NCBI GenBank assembly: GCA_963820625.1
Contig: CAWGAV010000017.1
Span: 32,888 to 96,887 of the forward strand
Origin: an uncultured delta proteobacterium
GTDB lineage: Bacteria > Desulfobacterota > BSN033 > UBA1163
Reading direction: 5' to 3'
Length of the DNA: 64,000 nucleotides
The number at the start of each line of letters is the position of its first letter. Within the stretch, counting starts at the first letter, position 1. Shown here piece after piece: positions 7,680 through 16,741 of this stretch. The translations under genes were made by a program, and so were the position numbers. The notes below the pieces were generated by a model that saw nothing but the letters and a program-made list of their open reading frames with translations, did not search any database and was not told where the DNA came from.

Positions 7680-8822
7680 ATGGTTTCAAGATGGAACAAG
7701 ACCCCCTTTCCAAAGGGAACGCATTATCTCTCAGGAAATGAAGCGGCTGCCGAAGGGGCGATTGCAGCAGGATGCCGGTTTTATGCAGGCTACCCGATCA
7801 CCCCTTCCAGTGAGATCATGGAACGAATGGCCATTCGATTAAGAGAGGTGGGAGGGGTTTTTATTCAGATGGAGGATGAGATCGCCTCCATTTCAGCAGT
7901 GATTGGAGCTTCCTGGGCAGGCGCCAAAGCCATGACTGCCACCTCAGGACCTGGATTTAGTTTGATGCAGGAGTCCATTGGATATGCCGCTTTTACCGAG
8001 ACCCCCTGTGTGATCATTGATGTGCAGCGGGCAGGTCCCTGTACTGGACAGGCGACCCGGGTCGGAAGCGGTGACATCATGCAGGCCAAATGGGGTTCCC
8101 ATGGTGACTACCAGGTGATCGCCCTCTCTCCCTGGTCTGTTCAGGAGATGTATGACCTCACCCTTCGCGCCTTCAATTTAAGCGAGCGTTATCGAGTTCC
8201 CACCTTGGTGATGGCAGATGAGGCAATTGGCCATTTGAGAGAGAATCTCTCCATCCGCGCAAAGGTGGAGGTTTGGGATAGAAAGAAGAGGAAAGGAGGC
8301 TCCCCTTTTGGAACAGAAGAGGAAGACGGTGTTCCACCAATGCCTGTCTTTGGAGAGGGTGAACGGCTTCTGATCACGGGTTCCACTCACGATGCATTAG
8401 GATTTCGGAAGACCGATGATCCTGAGGTCCACGCCAAATTGGTGGGTCGGATCAATGAAAAGATTCTGAAAAACAGAAGTAGGATTGTCGAGATAGAGGA
8501 TTATTTTTTAGAGGACTCTGAAATAGCTACCATCGCTTATGGATTTACAGCTCGAACCAGCCTCTACGTGGTAAATCGCCTGAGAAAAGAAGGGATGAAG
8601 GTGGGGATGTTGAGGCTCAAGACCCTTTGGCCATTTCCGGATGAAGCTGTCACAGAGTTGGGGAAGAAAGTTAAAAAAGTGATCGTTCTTGAAATGAATC
8701 TTGGACAGGTGGCGGGTGAAGTGAAAAAGTTCTGCCGCTGTGATGTCATCCCTCTCAATCAGACCGATGGAGAGGTGATACGGCCTGAAACGATTCTGGA
8801 GATATTAAGGAGGGTCGCGTGA
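7680..8822 (+). CDS. korA: 2-oxoacid (2-oxoglutarate/pyruvate):ferredoxin oxidoreductase alpha subunit
   Basis: 380 aa. YAGYPITPSSEI and SGPGFSLMQE are characteristic of KorA/PorA domain I-II. Confidence 0.8.
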   Translation: MVSRWNKTPFPKGTHYLSGNEAAAEGAIAAGCRFYAGYPITPSSEIMERMAIRLREVGGVFIQMEDEIASISAVIGASWAGAKAMTATSGPGFSLMQESIGYAAFTETPCVIIDVQRAGPCTGQATRVGSGDIMQAKWGSHGDYQVIALSPWSVQEMYDLTLRAFNLSERYRVPTLVMADEAIGHLRENLSIRAKVEVWDRKKRKGGSPFGTEEEDGVPPMPVFGEGERLLITGSTHDALGFRKTDDPEVHAKLVGRINEKILKNRSRIVEIEDYFLEDSEIATIAYGFTARTSLYVVNRLRKEGMKVGMLRLKTLWPFPDEAVTELGKKVKKVIVLEMNLGQVAGEVKKFCRCDVIPLNQTDGEVIRPETILEILRRVA

Positions 8823-9580
8823 TGGGCAGAGCGATGGAGAAATATATTCGGCCTGGTGTCAAAGCGACACCCTTCTGTCCGGGTTGCGGCCACGGGATAT
8901 TGATGGGCCTGATTTTGAGAGCGATTGATGAATTAAAGATGGATATGAAGAAAATGGTCTTTGTCTCAGGAATCGGTTGTGCTGCATGGATCCCAAGCCC
9001 CCATTATGATGGGGATACCCTCCATACCCTTCACGGAAGGGCACTGGCATTTGCGACAGGAGTCAAGCTTTATAAACCCGAACTCTGTGTCATGGTTGTA
9101 AGCGGTGACGGGGACCTTTCTTCGATCGGTGGAAATCATCTCATCCATGCGGCGAGACGAAACATCGACCTCAAAGTCATCTGTGCTAACAATATGATTT
9201 ATGGCATGACCGGAGGCCAGGTCGCTTCCACCACACCGAAAGGATCAAAAACTTCTACAACAGGAGAGGGGAATCCCTATCGACCTTTTGACCTGTGCAA
9301 GTTGGTGGAGGCAGCAGGAGCGACTTATGTGGCCCGATACTCTGTGACCCAGCCTGTCTCTCTCATCAACTCCATTAAGAAGGTCCTCCTCCACGTGGGA
9401 TTCTCTTTTATCGATGTCCTCTCCCCTTGTCCGACACAATACGGAAGGAGGAATCGTCTTGACCGGCCGGAAGAGATGATTCAGGACCTCATTCGACGAT
9501 GCATTTTAGAAGAAGAGGCAAAGGGACTGACTGAGGAGGACCTGGCAGAGAGAATCATCACCGGAGAATTTTCATCATGA
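8819..9580 (+). CDS. korB: 2-oxoacid:ferredoxin oxidoreductase beta subunit (TPP-binding)
   Basis: FCPGCGHG and GDGD TPP motif. Overlaps korA by 4 nt. Confidence 0.8.
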   Translation: MMGRAMEKYIRPGVKATPFCPGCGHGILMGLILRAIDELKMDMKKMVFVSGIGCAAWIPSPHYDGDTLHTLHGRALAFATGVKLYKPELCVMVVSGDGDLSSIGGNHLIHAARRNIDLKVICANNMIYGMTGGQVASTTPKGSKTSTTGEGNPYRPFDLCKLVEAAGATYVARYSVTQPVSLINSIKKVLLHVGFSFIDVLSPCPTQYGRRNRLDRPEEMIQDLIRRCILEEEAKGLTEEDLAERIITGEFSS

Positions 9581-10122
9581 TGGAAATCAAGCAGGTTCGT
9601 ATAAGCGGTTTGGGAGGTCAGGGAGTGGTTTTAGCAGGTCTCCTCCTTGGCCAGGCAGGAGTAATGGAAGGGAAATATATCGCTGGGTCGAATTCCTATG
9701 GTGCCCAAGCCAGAGGCTCTGGATGCAAATCGGAGATTATATTTTCGGATTGTCCGATCAACTTTCCTCATCTCACCACTGCAGACATTCTGGTCGCCAT
9801 GTCACAAGGAGCCTACAATACCTATTGTGAAGATGTTAAGGAGTCTGGACTCATTTTATATGACCAGGGGCTGGTGACTCCAAAAAAGGAATTAAAAGTT
9901 AAACAGTTGGGTGTTCCTGCTACAGAAATCTCAGTGAAGAAATTGAAAAACAAGCAAGTGGTCAATATCGTTTTCCTGGGTGTTCTCGTCGAAACAACGA
10001 AAATTGTTTCATCCAAAGCCCTTCAAAAAGCCCTTGCCCGGCATATTGACAAACGGTTCCGAAGGATCAACCTGAAAGCTCTTCGGATGGGAATGGAATT
10101 AGGGAAGTTGAACAATGCTTGA
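9577..10122 (+). CDS. korC: 2-oxoacid:ferredoxin oxidoreductase gamma subunit
   Basis: 181 aa with GLGGQGVVLAGLLLGQAG, the gamma subunit signature. 4-nt overlap with korB. Confidence 0.75.
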   Translation: MMEIKQVRISGLGGQGVVLAGLLLGQAGVMEGKYIAGSNSYGAQARGSGCKSEIIFSDCPINFPHLTTADILVAMSQGAYNTYCEDVKESGLILYDQGLVTPKKELKVKQLGVPATEISVKKLKNKQVVNIVFLGVLVETTKIVSSKALQKALARHIDKRFRRINLKALRMGMELGKLNNA

Positions 10123-11497
10123 AGGAAGAACACACAGACCAGTCCTCCAACCGGATTGCTGTCACTCTTGCGATGTCTGTATCAGGGGATGCCCTGCTGA
10201 ACTCATTCCAGAATACCGAGAGGAAGAGAAAAGCCTCCGTGGGACCCTCTACCGAGGAAAGGTTCAAGAAAAACCTCCAAAGGATAAAGTTCCTTTTCCT
10301 CCTTGCCAGGAGGCTTGTCCCATTCGTCAGGATACAAGGGGTTATGTTTCTCTGATTGCCAAGGGAAAATTTAAAGAGGCTTTAGAACTGATCCGGAAGG
10401 TTAATCCCCTGCCTGCCATCTGCGGATTTATCTGTCACCATCCCTGCGAAGAAGCGTGTTTGAGAGAAGGGGTGGATCATCCGATTCCCATTCGACTTTT
10501 GAAAAGGTTCGTTGCAGAATACGAGCGAAATGGAGGAAAGATTAGTAGGAGATCACTGAAAAAGAGACACGGGAAGGTTCTGGTGATCGGCTCCGGACCG
10601 GCAGGGCTGACCGCTGCCAATGATTTAATCCTCCTTGGTTTTGAGGTGACGATTTTTGAATCACTTCCTGTGCTCGGGGGGATGTTGGCAGTTGGGATAC
10701 CAGAATTCCGATTGCCCAGAGATATTCTCAAAATGGAAATCGATGGGATCAGAGAGCTGGGTGTTGCGATGAAGACCCATCATCCCTTTCACTTCAATGG
10801 GAAGAGGAGAGCTTTTCAGAAACTTGGTTTTCAGGCAGCCTTTCTTTCGACCGGTGCTCATCGGAGTTTAAGATTAAATATTCCTGGTGAACGACTCCAA
10901 GGAGTTGTCCATGGGATGGAGTTCTTGAGGGATATCAATTTAGGAAAGAGCCTGAAGATCGGGAAAAAGGTGGCTATCATCGGCGGCGGAAATGTAGCCA
11001 TCGATGCCGCCCGATCGGCAATCCGGCTGAGTGCGGAAACAGTGAATGTCTATTATCGAAGATCGAAAAAGGAGATGCCCGCGATCCAAGAAGAGGTGGA
11101 GGAAGCGATACGTGAGGGGGTGAAAATCCATTTTCTTTCCTCCCCCATTAAAATTATCGGAAGAGGAGAGAAAGCGGTTGCTCTGGACTGTATCAGGATG
11201 AGGTTAATTGAACCGGATGAAATGGGAAGAAGGAAGCCCATTCCAATCGAGGGTTCAACGTATAGGGTTGCTGCGGATACCATTATTGCAGCCATCGGCC
11301 AAAGAGTGGATCGAAAATTGTTAAATGGGTTGGAGATCAATCGAGATGGAACCGTTCGAGTCGATCCGAAAACGGGTGAGACCAGTATGAAAGGAGTGTT
11401 TGCTGGCGGAGATGTAGTGACAGGTCCAGGATGGGCCATTGATGCCATCGCTGCTGGAAAAAAAGGAGCAGAATCCATCGCTCGTTATCTTTCGTAA
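10115..11497 (+). CDS. GltD/NfnB/SudA-like NAD(P)H-dependent Fe-S flavoprotein (glutamate synthase small-subunit family)
   Basis: 460 aa. Two N-terminal Cys clusters, then GSGPAGLTAANDL (FAD) and IIGGGNVAIDAAR (NAD(P)) Rossmann motifs. Embedded in the kor cluster. Confidence 0.7.
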   Translation: MLEGRTHRPVLQPDCCHSCDVCIRGCPAELIPEYREEEKSLRGTLYRGKVQEKPPKDKVPFPPCQEACPIRQDTRGYVSLIAKGKFKEALELIRKVNPLPAICGFICHHPCEEACLREGVDHPIPIRLLKRFVAEYERNGGKISRRSLKKRHGKVLVIGSGPAGLTAANDLILLGFEVTIFESLPVLGGMLAVGIPEFRLPRDILKMEIDGIRELGVAMKTHHPFHFNGKRRAFQKLGFQAAFLSTGAHRSLRLNIPGERLQGVVHGMEFLRDINLGKSLKIGKKVAIIGGGNVAIDAARSAIRLSAETVNVYYRRSKKEMPAIQEEVEEAIREGVKIHFLSSPIKIIGRGEKAVALDCIRMRLIEPDEMGRRKPIPIEGSTYRVAADTIIAAIGQRVDRKLLNGLEINRDGTVRVDPKTGETSMKGVFAGGDVVTGPGWAIDAIAAGKKGAESIARYLS

Positions 11498-11540
11498 GAA
11501 ATGCACAGCGCATAGAGCAAAGTGCATAGCGTATATCTTA
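11497..11540. repeat. GCATAGCG-type short repeat (GCACAGCGCATAGAGCAAAGTGCATAGCGTATA)
   Basis: Shares GCATAGAGCAAAG with 49819 and GCATAGCG with 13553-13592 and 47210-47280. Confidence 0.5.
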
Positions 11541-11546
11541 AAGAGA

Positions 11547-11873
11547 ATGGAAATGATCAAAGAATGTAAGGAAAAAGCTTTAAAAAAGCCAAAACGAAAG
11601 ACCCTTTCACTAAAAAGTCGAAGGAAAGGATTTTCTCCGGTTGAATCTCGTCTTGTCGAGAAAGAAGTGGTTAAGGAAGCTCAACGCTGCCTCAGCTTAA
11701 GGGAATGCGAATCGTGCGAGGTCTGCAATCTTCTCTGTCCAGATCTTTGTATCACTCGCGAAGAGAAAACTGGAGAGGTTCTAATAGATTTAGATTATTG
11801 TAAGGGGTGTGGCATCTGTGCTTCCGTCTGTCCAAAAGGGGCTATTCAAATGGTATTGGAGGAGGGAATATGA
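11547..11873 (+). CDS. 4Fe-4S dicluster ferredoxin (KorD-like delta subunit)
   Basis: CxxCxxCxxxCP x2 (CESCEVCNLLCP; CKGCGICASVCP). Start set at the internal ATG after the repeat. Stop overlaps the pxpA start (ATGA). Confidence 0.6.
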   Translation: MEMIKECKEKALKKPKRKTLSLKSRRKGFSPVESRLVEKEVVKEAQRCLSLRECESCEVCNLLCPDLCITREEKTGEVLIDLDYCKGCGICASVCPKGAIQMVLEEGI

Positions 11874-12655
11874 CAAAAAAAATCCAGATAGACATGAACT
11901 CTGATGTCGGGGAAAGTTTTGGCGTTTACAAGCTGGGACTTGACGAAGAGGTGATCCCTTACATCACCTCAGCCAACATTGCCTGTGGTTTCCATGCCGG
12001 GGATCCTGGTGTGATGAGAAAGACGGTCGCCTTGGCAAAGCAGTATGGCGTAGAGGTGGGAGCCCATCCTGGATTTCCTGATCTCATAGGATTTGGACGA
12101 AGAAATGTCGATGCCACCCTTGAGGAGATTCAGGATTATGTGGTTTATCAAACAGGAGCTTTGCAGGCATTTGCCCAATCGCAAGGACTGAGACTTCAGC
12201 ATGCGAAGGCTCATGGAAGCCTCTACAATATGGCCGTGGTGAATCCCAAGATATGGGAAGCTATCGCAGAGGCGTTGGCGAAGGTGGATCGGGATATCAT
12301 TCTGGTTGTCCTGGCTTCTTCGAAAAGGGAGCCTCTTCTGGAGATTGGAAAGCGCCACGGCATCCGCATTGCCTTTGAAGCCTTTCCGGATCGAGCCTAC
12401 AATAAAGATGGTTCTTTGGTTTCTCGAAGAGAGAAAGGGGCCGTGATCCACGATCATGAGATCGTCGCTAAAAGAGCGCTGAAGATGGCCCTGGAGGGAA
12501 AGGTGATTGCCGTGGATGGGACAGAGATCGAGCTCAAAGCGGATACGCTCTGTGTCCATGGCGATAATCCTGCTGCTGTCGAGATGGTAAAAAAGATTCG
12601 ACAGGAATTGAAGGACGCCGGCGTGACCGTCATTCCGATGAAATGGTTTGTCTAA
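11870..12655 (+). CDS. pxpA: 5-oxoprolinase subunit A (LamB/YcsF family)
   Basis: MTKKIQIDMNSDVGESFGVY...ANIACGFHAGDP matches the LamB/YcsF N-terminus. Confidence 0.75.
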   Translation: MTKKIQIDMNSDVGESFGVYKLGLDEEVIPYITSANIACGFHAGDPGVMRKTVALAKQYGVEVGAHPGFPDLIGFGRRNVDATLEEIQDYVVYQTGALQAFAQSQGLRLQHAKAHGSLYNMAVVNPKIWEAIAEALAKVDRDIILVVLASSKREPLLEIGKRHGIRIAFEAFPDRAYNKDGSLVSRREKGAVIHDHEIVAKRALKMALEGKVIAVDGTEIELKADTLCVHGDNPAAVEMVKKIRQELKDAGVTVIPMKWFV

Positions 12656-12715
12656 TTACCTCCTTGATATGATATCAACTTGGTAACGACACAAACTTTC
12701 GACTCTTCTGCAAGG

Positions 12716-12860
12716 AGGTAATCAAATCCAAATGCCAAAATCCAAATGTCAAATGAATGTCAAATGGGTGAATGCCAAGAACTTTTTGCTCTGATTAAAT
12801 TTTGTCATTTGAGCTTTGGATTTCATTTGAACTTTGAAATTTGAAATTTGACATTTAATT
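12716..12860. repeat. CAAATG-rich ~145-bp inverted-repeat element (family 3, copy 1), inserted between pxpA and pxpB
   Basis: AAATCCAAATGCCAAAATCCAAATGTCAAATGAATGTCAAATG... followed by its near-complement ...CATTTGAACTTTGAAATTTGAAATTTGACATTT. Homologous to 62500-62660. Confidence 0.7.
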
Positions 12861-13552
12861 CCATGGGCCTTTATTCTAAAACACTTCAATATCTGATGGG
12901 TGATCGTGGACTTCTCCTTGAATTCGGAGACGAGATCAGTCGCGAGATCAACGAGAAGGTGAGAAGGATGGCTCTGGCCATCCAGGCCGAGGCAATGGAA
13001 GGCATCGTTGAAACGGTTCCGACCTACCGGTCTTTACTCATCATTTACAATCCCATCATTCTCCCCATCGAGGACTTAAAAAAAAGATTAGAACGGATAG
13101 AGCAAGGGCTTCAACAAACTCCTCTCCCAGAGCCCAAATTGACACGCATCCCGGTCGTCTACGGTGGGATCTATGGCTCTGACCTAGAAGAGGTGGCGAA
13201 GTATCATCAGATCTCTCCTGAGGAAGTGATCCGACTCCATTGCAGCAAACCTTATCTCATCTATATGATCGGCTTTATGCCTGGATATCCATACATGGGA
13301 GAACTACCTCAGGCATTGGTGACCCCCCGGCTCAAAACACCGAGGCTATCAGTTCCTAAAGGCTCTGTGGCCATTGCACAGAGGCAGACAGGGATCTATT
13401 CCATGGAGAGCCCGGGAGGTTGGCAGATCCTCGGTCGGACCCCGGTAGAACTGTTCGACCCTGAGAAAGATCCTCCGGCTCTTCTTCAAATGGGAGACTT
13501 TGTCCAGTTCTATCTCATCAGCGAGAAAGAATTTAAAGAATGGCAGGAGTGA
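12848..13552 (+). CDS. pxpB: 5-oxoprolinase subunit B (KipI / allophanate hydrolase subunit 1 family)
   Basis: GLLLEFGDE...VPTYRSLLIIY...PGGWQILGRTP. The true start may be an internal Met. Confidence 0.7.
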   Translation: MTFNSMGLYSKTLQYLMGDRGLLLEFGDEISREINEKVRRMALAIQAEAMEGIVETVPTYRSLLIIYNPIILPIEDLKKRLERIEQGLQQTPLPEPKLTRIPVVYGGIYGSDLEEVAKYHQISPEEVIRLHCSKPYLIYMIGFMPGYPYMGELPQALVTPRLKTPRLSVPKGSVAIAQRQTGIYSMESPGGWQILGRTPVELFDPEKDPPALLQMGDFVQFYLISEKEFKEWQE

Positions 13553-13600
13553 ACATACGCATAGCGCATGGCGTATAGGGCATAGCGTGTAACCCGACGA

Positions 13601-14614
13601 ATGAAAAAGTATGGGCAACTCTCTGCGGTTGCCCAAAGGGAGTTACGATTGGGACGCATAGAGGCTTTTGAAGTTCTAGACCCTGGTATTCTGACTACGA
13701 TTCAGGATCTGGGTCGCTATGGTTTCAGTCAGTTTGGGGTTCCTCCCTCTGGAGCCTTAGACACTTTCTCCCTTAGGGTCGGCAACCTATTAGTTGGAAA
13801 CAGAGAAGAAGAGGCCTGCCTTGAGATCACACTCATGGGCTTGAAAATAAAGGCCATGGAAGAGGTCGTCATTGCCATTACGGGTGGAGATCTTTCCCCT
13901 ACATTAAACGGGGAACCGTTGGAGATGTGGAGAACCCATCTTCTTCTGGAAGGCGATGCCATCACTTTCAAAAAAGTCAAGGCAGGTTGCCGTGCTTATC
14001 TGGCTGTGAGTGGGGGACTTGTTGTTCCAAAAATCATGGGGAGCTGTTCAACCTATCTTTCAGGTAATTTTGGTGGTTTGGAAGGAAGGAAGTTGAGACG
14101 AGGAGACATCCTTTATACGCCTGATATCCCATCTTGTCTGGATAAATTGGGGCTTCGATTTCCAAGCGATTGGATTCCTTCTCTGGATAAGGAGGACCCT
14201 CTCAAGGTCATCCCAGGACCTCAGGATCACCACTTTACAGAAAAAGGGGTTCAAACATTTTGTTCCTCATCCTATCAGGTCACTCCCCAATGCGATCGAA
14301 TGGGAGTTCGATTAAAAGGGCCCAAGATCGAAAGACGATCCGATGTGGAGGAGTCAATCATTTCAGAGGGTTTGATTTCAGGTTCAATTCAGGTTCCCGG
14401 CAATGGGAAACCCATCATCATATTAACGGAGCTGGTCACCGGAGGTTATACAAAAATTGCCACGATTATCTCAACGGATTTACCCAAGGTGGCACAACTC
14501 AAGCCAGGAGATCAAGTGCGATTCAAACCCATCTCCATGGAAGAGGCTCACTCTCAACTCAGGGAGCAGGAAGACCGGTTAAAGGATTTTAAAGATTTTC
14601 TCCAGCAGCGTTGA
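13601..14614 (+). CDS. pxpC: 5-oxoprolinase subunit C (KipA / biotin-dependent carboxyltransferase family)
   Basis: 337 aa. LTTIQDLGRYGFSQFGVPPSGALD is typical of AHS2/PxpC. Confidence 0.7.
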   Translation: MKKYGQLSAVAQRELRLGRIEAFEVLDPGILTTIQDLGRYGFSQFGVPPSGALDTFSLRVGNLLVGNREEEACLEITLMGLKIKAMEEVVIAITGGDLSPTLNGEPLEMWRTHLLLEGDAITFKKVKAGCRAYLAVSGGLVVPKIMGSCSTYLSGNFGGLEGRKLRRGDILYTPDIPSCLDKLGLRFPSDWIPSLDKEDPLKVIPGPQDHHFTEKGVQTFCSSSYQVTPQCDRMGVRLKGPKIERRSDVEESIISEGLISGSIQVPGNGKPIIILTELVTGGYTKIATIISTDLPKVAQLKPGDQVRFKPISMEEAHSQLREQEDRLKDFKDFLQQR

Positions 14615-14721
14615 AGAGGAACAGACTTTCCGAAAATGCTGCAGAATGCCCCGCCCTCTGGGCAGGGATGAATTCAGCGATATAAAAACCGATAGACAGG
14701 ACATTCTTGTCCTGTACTGCA

Positions 14722-14785
14722 TTTTCGCCGAGGCTGGAAAGCCTCGGCTATCCGTGAAGCCCCTCCCTGTAGGCGGGTAGCTTCA
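14722..14785. repeat. ~60-bp palindromic repeat (family 5) GGCTGGAAAGCCTCGGCTATCCGTGAAGCCCCTCCCTGTAGGCGGGTAGCTTCAC
   Basis: Reverse complement closely matches 54755-54815 (GTGAAGCTCCGCCGATAGGGCGGGGCTTCACGGATAGCCGAAGCCTTCCAGCC). Confidence 0.65.
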
Positions 14786-16741
14786 CTCAACTGGCTTACC
14801 GGGCTCGATGGGAATTTCAAATTCCCAGAGACTTGCCCCTGAACCAAAATAGATTTTTCGACCAGACATTGCCATCCCTGAATGAATTGGGACAGGGGGT
14901 TTCACAACAAGGGATACCTCGTCGTTTCTTGGATCGATGAAAAAGATTGCCTCTTTAGCCAATCCATAAAGTCTTAAGTCCGGTCCAAGCTGTAGAGAGA
15001 TTTCTCTCGGTTCCTTAAATCCAAGATCAAAAATCTTTTTGACCTCTCTCTTCTCTAAATCAAAGACAAAGACCTTCTCATTGTCTGTAATCCCATAAAA
15101 CAATCCATCCACGGTCGCCGCGAGGGAAAGGATGGTCTTGGCTTCTGGAACAGGAATGATCTCAAAAATCTTTTTTTCCTCTTTCGGATCCCAAAGGATA
15201 AGCCTCGCCTCTTTCTCGATAGCTCGTGTTCCAGTCCCACCTCGCACAGAACTTCCTCCTGCAATGAGATCGAATTTTTCAATATAGGCGAGGGAGGCAA
15301 TGCTCTGATTCTGGACGATGTGGCGATAGACCCTCTTCTCATTCTTCTCTGGATCATAGACACTGATCGCACCCCCCAGAAGTCCATAGTCGGGATAACT
15401 TCCGATGTAGACCTTCCCATGAGGACCAGCCACCATCGCCCTCGGTCGATACTGCCCGCCGCCTATGGGTCCCAGGTCTCTCGGATTGGCATCATCATTG
15501 TTGCCAACTCTTAAAGGTCTTTTTGGATCATAGATGGATAACCTCGCTTCAGGGTAGGAGCAAAGGTAAAGTTTCTCATCGAGGGGCCCCATTGAGTAAA
15601 TCTCCCCATTGACATTCGGGACCTTGCCAAGATTAGTGAGAGATTGAGTTTGCGGATTATAGACGAAGAGGCGGAGGGGAAGCATACTGCTCCCATAGAT
15701 CTTGCTATCCGGGCCCATGCCGACAAGAAAGATATAGGAGCCCGCGGCTTCATAGTGGAGAGGAATCTCTTTCTCTTCTTTGGTCACAGGATTCCAGATT
15801 CTGAGGATATTGTTGTCGATGAATTGGAAATTTCGGCCATCTGGAAGGGTTTTGGGAATAAAAGGAATATCGGACTTAGAGACCTCGACCAGCCTTTCTC
15901 CTCCTTCGATGAGAAACCATTTGCTCGAATTGGAGAGTGTGGCATAGATCTTTCCGTCTTTTCCCTTGAATAAACTCACCCGCCCAGGTTTTCGTTCCTC
16001 TACCGGGAGGAGGGAGGTTTTGGTCTTTTTCTCTGGATCAAAGACGACAACGTTTATCTTCTCGAACTGGATCGCACAGTAAATTAAGCCGTCCTCTCCT
16101 GCTGTCGGATAGCAGTAGAACTGTTTTGGATCCATCTGACCAAAGTCTTCACTCACCCCGGTCTTTGGATCATAAGAGAAAAGCTTTGCAGAGGGATAAG
16201 TTCCTCCCCAGATCTTTCCATCTCTTCCCGTTGCGATTTTACAGATGAAAGACTCAGAGTCTCCCGCAGGTTGCCCAAGGTCATCCCACTTTTCAGTCTT
16301 CGGATCAAAACGCAGGAGGTGAGCGTTATAATAACTACCAAGGTAGATCCGGTTCTCGTGATCCATTGTATATCCCCACGAACCCATCTCAGAGGACAGA
16401 GGACCGTTGAATTGTCGGATTTGACCTGTATCGGGATGAACAGCGAGGAGGAAAAGAGGGGCATCGTATTGTCCAAAGGAGAGGTAAATCGTATCGATCT
16501 CTCCTGTTTTTCCCGGGCCGACATAAGCTCCCCAAATGATGGCCTCTCTGACCGGTATGCCGAGGTCTCGTTGAGCGAATGAGATCTTTGGAAGGGGGTT
16601 CAGGATGAGAAAGGCGAGGATGGGAATGAGAAATCGAAATCCCCCCAGCCCCCCTTTTCCCTCCGGGCCAGAGGCCCTATTGGGCCGGCGGCTAAAGGGG
16701 GGAGAGGGGGGATTATACGATCGGTTCTGTCTCCGGAGCAT
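14783..16741 (-). CDS. Secreted beta-propeller repeat protein
   Basis: 652 aa. Signal peptide, then more than 10 repeats of the xDGKIYxGSY / YDPKT type. Overlaps the upstream NYN gene by 29 nt. Confidence 0.55.
   Translation of the reverse strand: MLRRQNRSYNPPSPPFSRRPNRASGPEGKGGLGGFRFLIPILAFLILNPLPKISFAQRDLGIPVREAIIWGAYVGPGKTGEIDTIYLSFGQYDAPLFLLAVHPDTGQIRQFNGPLSSEMGSWGYTMDHENRIYLGSYYNAHLLRFDPKTEKWDDLGQPAGDSESFICKIATGRDGKIWGGTYPSAKLFSYDPKTGVSEDFGQMDPKQFYCYPTAGEDGLIYCAIQFEKINVVVFDPEKKTKTSLLPVEERKPGRVSLFKGKDGKIYATLSNSSKWFLIEGGERLVEVSKSDIPFIPKTLPDGRNFQFIDNNILRIWNPVTKEEKEIPLHYEAAGSYIFLVGMGPDSKIYGSSMLPLRLFVYNPQTQSLTNLGKVPNVNGEIYSMGPLDEKLYLCSYPEARLSIYDPKRPLRVGNNDDANPRDLGPIGGGQYRPRAMVAGPHGKVYIGSYPDYGLLGGAISVYDPEKNEKRVYRHIVQNQSIASLAYIEKFDLIAGGSSVRGGTGTRAIEKEARLILWDPKEEKKIFEIIPVPEAKTILSLAATVDGLFYGITDNEKVFVFDLEKREVKKIFDLGFKEPREISLQLGPDLRLYGLAKEAIFFIDPRNDEVSLVVKPPVPIHSGMAMSGRKIYFGSGASLWEFEIPIEPGKPVE

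Noticed and set aside
12716-12860. The CAAATG repeats as a CRISPR array
   Set aside because: The units are 6-9 nt with irregular spacing and an internal inverted arrangement. There are no 25-40-nt repeat/spacer periodicity and no cas genes.
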